This document shows positions 62,944 to 64,000 of a stretch of 64,000 bases of DNA, piece after piece (the stretch's first letter is position 1; the number at the start of each line of letters is the position of its first letter). Under the pieces are notes generated by a model, which searched no databases, was not told the DNA's origin, and was given only the letters and a program-made list of their open reading frames with translations. The DNA comes from an uncultured Acidimicrobiaceae bacterium (GTDB taxonomy: Bacteria > Actinomycetota > Acidimicrobiia > Spongiisociales > ZC4RG35), in NCBI GenBank assembly GCA_964558575.1, contig CAZLEQ010000008.1:1274-65273 (forward strand), given 5' to 3'. The position numbers and the translations under genes were made by a program.

Positions 62944-64000
62944 CCGCCACGGCGCAGCGCCCCTCGACCACCATCTTCCGGCGCCCCAAGTCGACCACCG
63001 GTCTCTGGGGATGGGTCACGACCGTCGACCACAAGAAGATCGGCATCATGTACGGCTATGCCGCCTTCCTCTTCTTCATCCTCGGCGGCCTCGAGGCACT
63101 GCTGCTCCGCATCCAACTGACCCAGGCCAACTCGGAGTTCCTCACCGCCGGTGCATACAACGCCCTCTTCACGATGCACGGCACCACGATGATCTTCCTG
63201 TTCGTGATGCCGGTGGGAGCGGCCTTCATGAACTACCTGCTCCCGCTGTTGATCGGCGCGCGGGACGTCGCTTTCCCCCGGCTCAACGCCCTCTCGTGGT
63301 GGCTCTTCTTCTTTGGCGGCATCTTCCTGTACAGCACTTTCCTGTTCGGCACATCGTTGCCTCCTGTCGCCCCCGACGGCGCCAATTTCGGGAATCTCGC
63401 TGCCGGCGGCGGACCGGGATCGTTCAACTTCTTGGCGAGCTCTCCGGACGGAGGATGGTTCGGCTATCAGCCCAACGCCGGGCCCCTGTACTCGCCGGGC
63501 ACCGCGATGGACTATTGGGCTCTCGGGTTACAGATCCTCGGCCTGGCCTCCCTGGTCTCGGCGATCAACTTCATCGTCACCGTGTTCAACATGAGGGCGA
63601 AAGGGATGCGGCTGCTGCGTATGCCGGTGTTTGCCTGGATGACGACGGTGGTCGCCTTCCTCCTGCTCTTCTCCCTCCCGATCATCGCCGTGGCCCTGTT
63701 CATGGTCACCTTCGACCGCCAGTTCGGAACCCTGTTCTTCGCACCGGTCGGTGGTGGTGATCCCATCCTGTGGCAACACCTCTTCTGGCTCTTCGGCCAT
63801 CCCGAGGTCTACATCCTCATCCTGCCCGCCATGGGCATCGTTTCCGAGGTGCTCCCGGTCTTCAGCCGCAAGCCGTTGTTCGGCTACTCCGCCGTGGTCT
63901 TCGCCGGGGCGGCGATCGCATTTCTCGGGTTCGGGGTTTGGGCCCACCACATGTTCGCCTCCGGGATCACCCCGGTGGCCCAGGCCGCCTTCGGGTTGGC
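62940..64000 (+). CDS. ctaD: Cytochrome c oxidase subunit I, 5' part (continues beyond the window)
   Basis: My own translation from ATG 62940 (ATGA overlap with the ctaC stop) gives MTATAQRPSTTIFRRPKSTTGLWGWVTTVDHKKIGIMYG..., and later LFWLFGHPEVYILILPAMGIVSEV. It is absent from the track because no stop falls in the window. Confidence 0.9.
   Translation, partial: MTATAQRPSTTIFRRPKSTTGLWGWVTTVDHKKIGIMYGYAAFLFFILGGLEALLLRIQLTQANSEFLTAGAYNALFTMHGTTMIFLFVMPVGAAFMNYLLPLLIGARDVAFPRLNALSWWLFFFGGIFLYSTFLFGTSLPPVAPDGANFGNLAAGGGPGSFNFLASSPDGGWFGYQPNAGPLYSPGTAMDYWALGLQILGLASLVSAINFIVTVFNMRAKGMRLLRMPVFAWMTTVVAFLLLFSLPIIAVALFMVTFDRQFGTLFFAPVGGGDPILWQHLFWLFGHPEVYILILPAMGIVSEVLPVFSRKPLFGYSAVVFAGAAIAFLGFGVWAHHMFASGITPVAQAAFGL

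Overview
This is a 64-kb, high-GC chromosomal segment. Its gene content looks actinobacterial: a ClpS-DUF2017 pair, an XRE regulator next to an HbhA-like Lys/Ala-rich protein, an Rv0338c-like membrane Fe-S reductase, GlnE/NadE, and caa3-type oxidase genes. Assignment to an Acidimicrobiia-like lineage is only a guess. The window is densely packed with about 60 genes, mostly housekeeping or core metabolism. These include pirin, an HpcH aldolase, plsY, bcp, kbl, both subunits of a methylcrotonyl-CoA-type carboxylase, and a thiolase/CoA-transferase/SDR/MaoC block. Also present are udk, proC plus proline dehydrogenase, clpS, a DAHP synthase, glnE, nadE, mgtE, greA, pyruvate:ferredoxin oxidoreductase, selD, a penicillin-acylase-family protein, and ctaB/ctaC/ctaD. 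I saw no rRNA, tRNA, CRISPR array, transposase, integrase or phage genes. Eight items deserve a second look. (1) One ORF fuses a complete endonuclease IV-like domain to a LigD-type primase-polymerase domain. (2) A HisA paralogue has its catalytic Asp replaced by Asn and is fused to a VOC domain. (3) selD has an in-frame TGA exactly at the catalytic Cys/Sec position, so the ORF track truncates the gene. (4) There are at least three families of short intergenic repeats. One is a REP/REPIN-like hairpin element, and inverted copies of it bracket a lone opposite-strand maoC gene. (5) A roughly 470-bp non-coding gap is built from about 172-bp degenerate tandem units. (6) An eRF1-like (baeRF1/Vms1-type) protein with a zinc ribbon lies next to ClpS-DUF2017. 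(7) A half-length, catalytically dead SDR-like gene is translationally coupled to a full SDR. (8) A four-gene translationally coupled cluster around ctaB contains uncharacterised membrane and lipoproteins. Function calls come from motif recognition in the supplied translations, with no searches run. Start codons were re-picked by hand and are less certain than stop codons.
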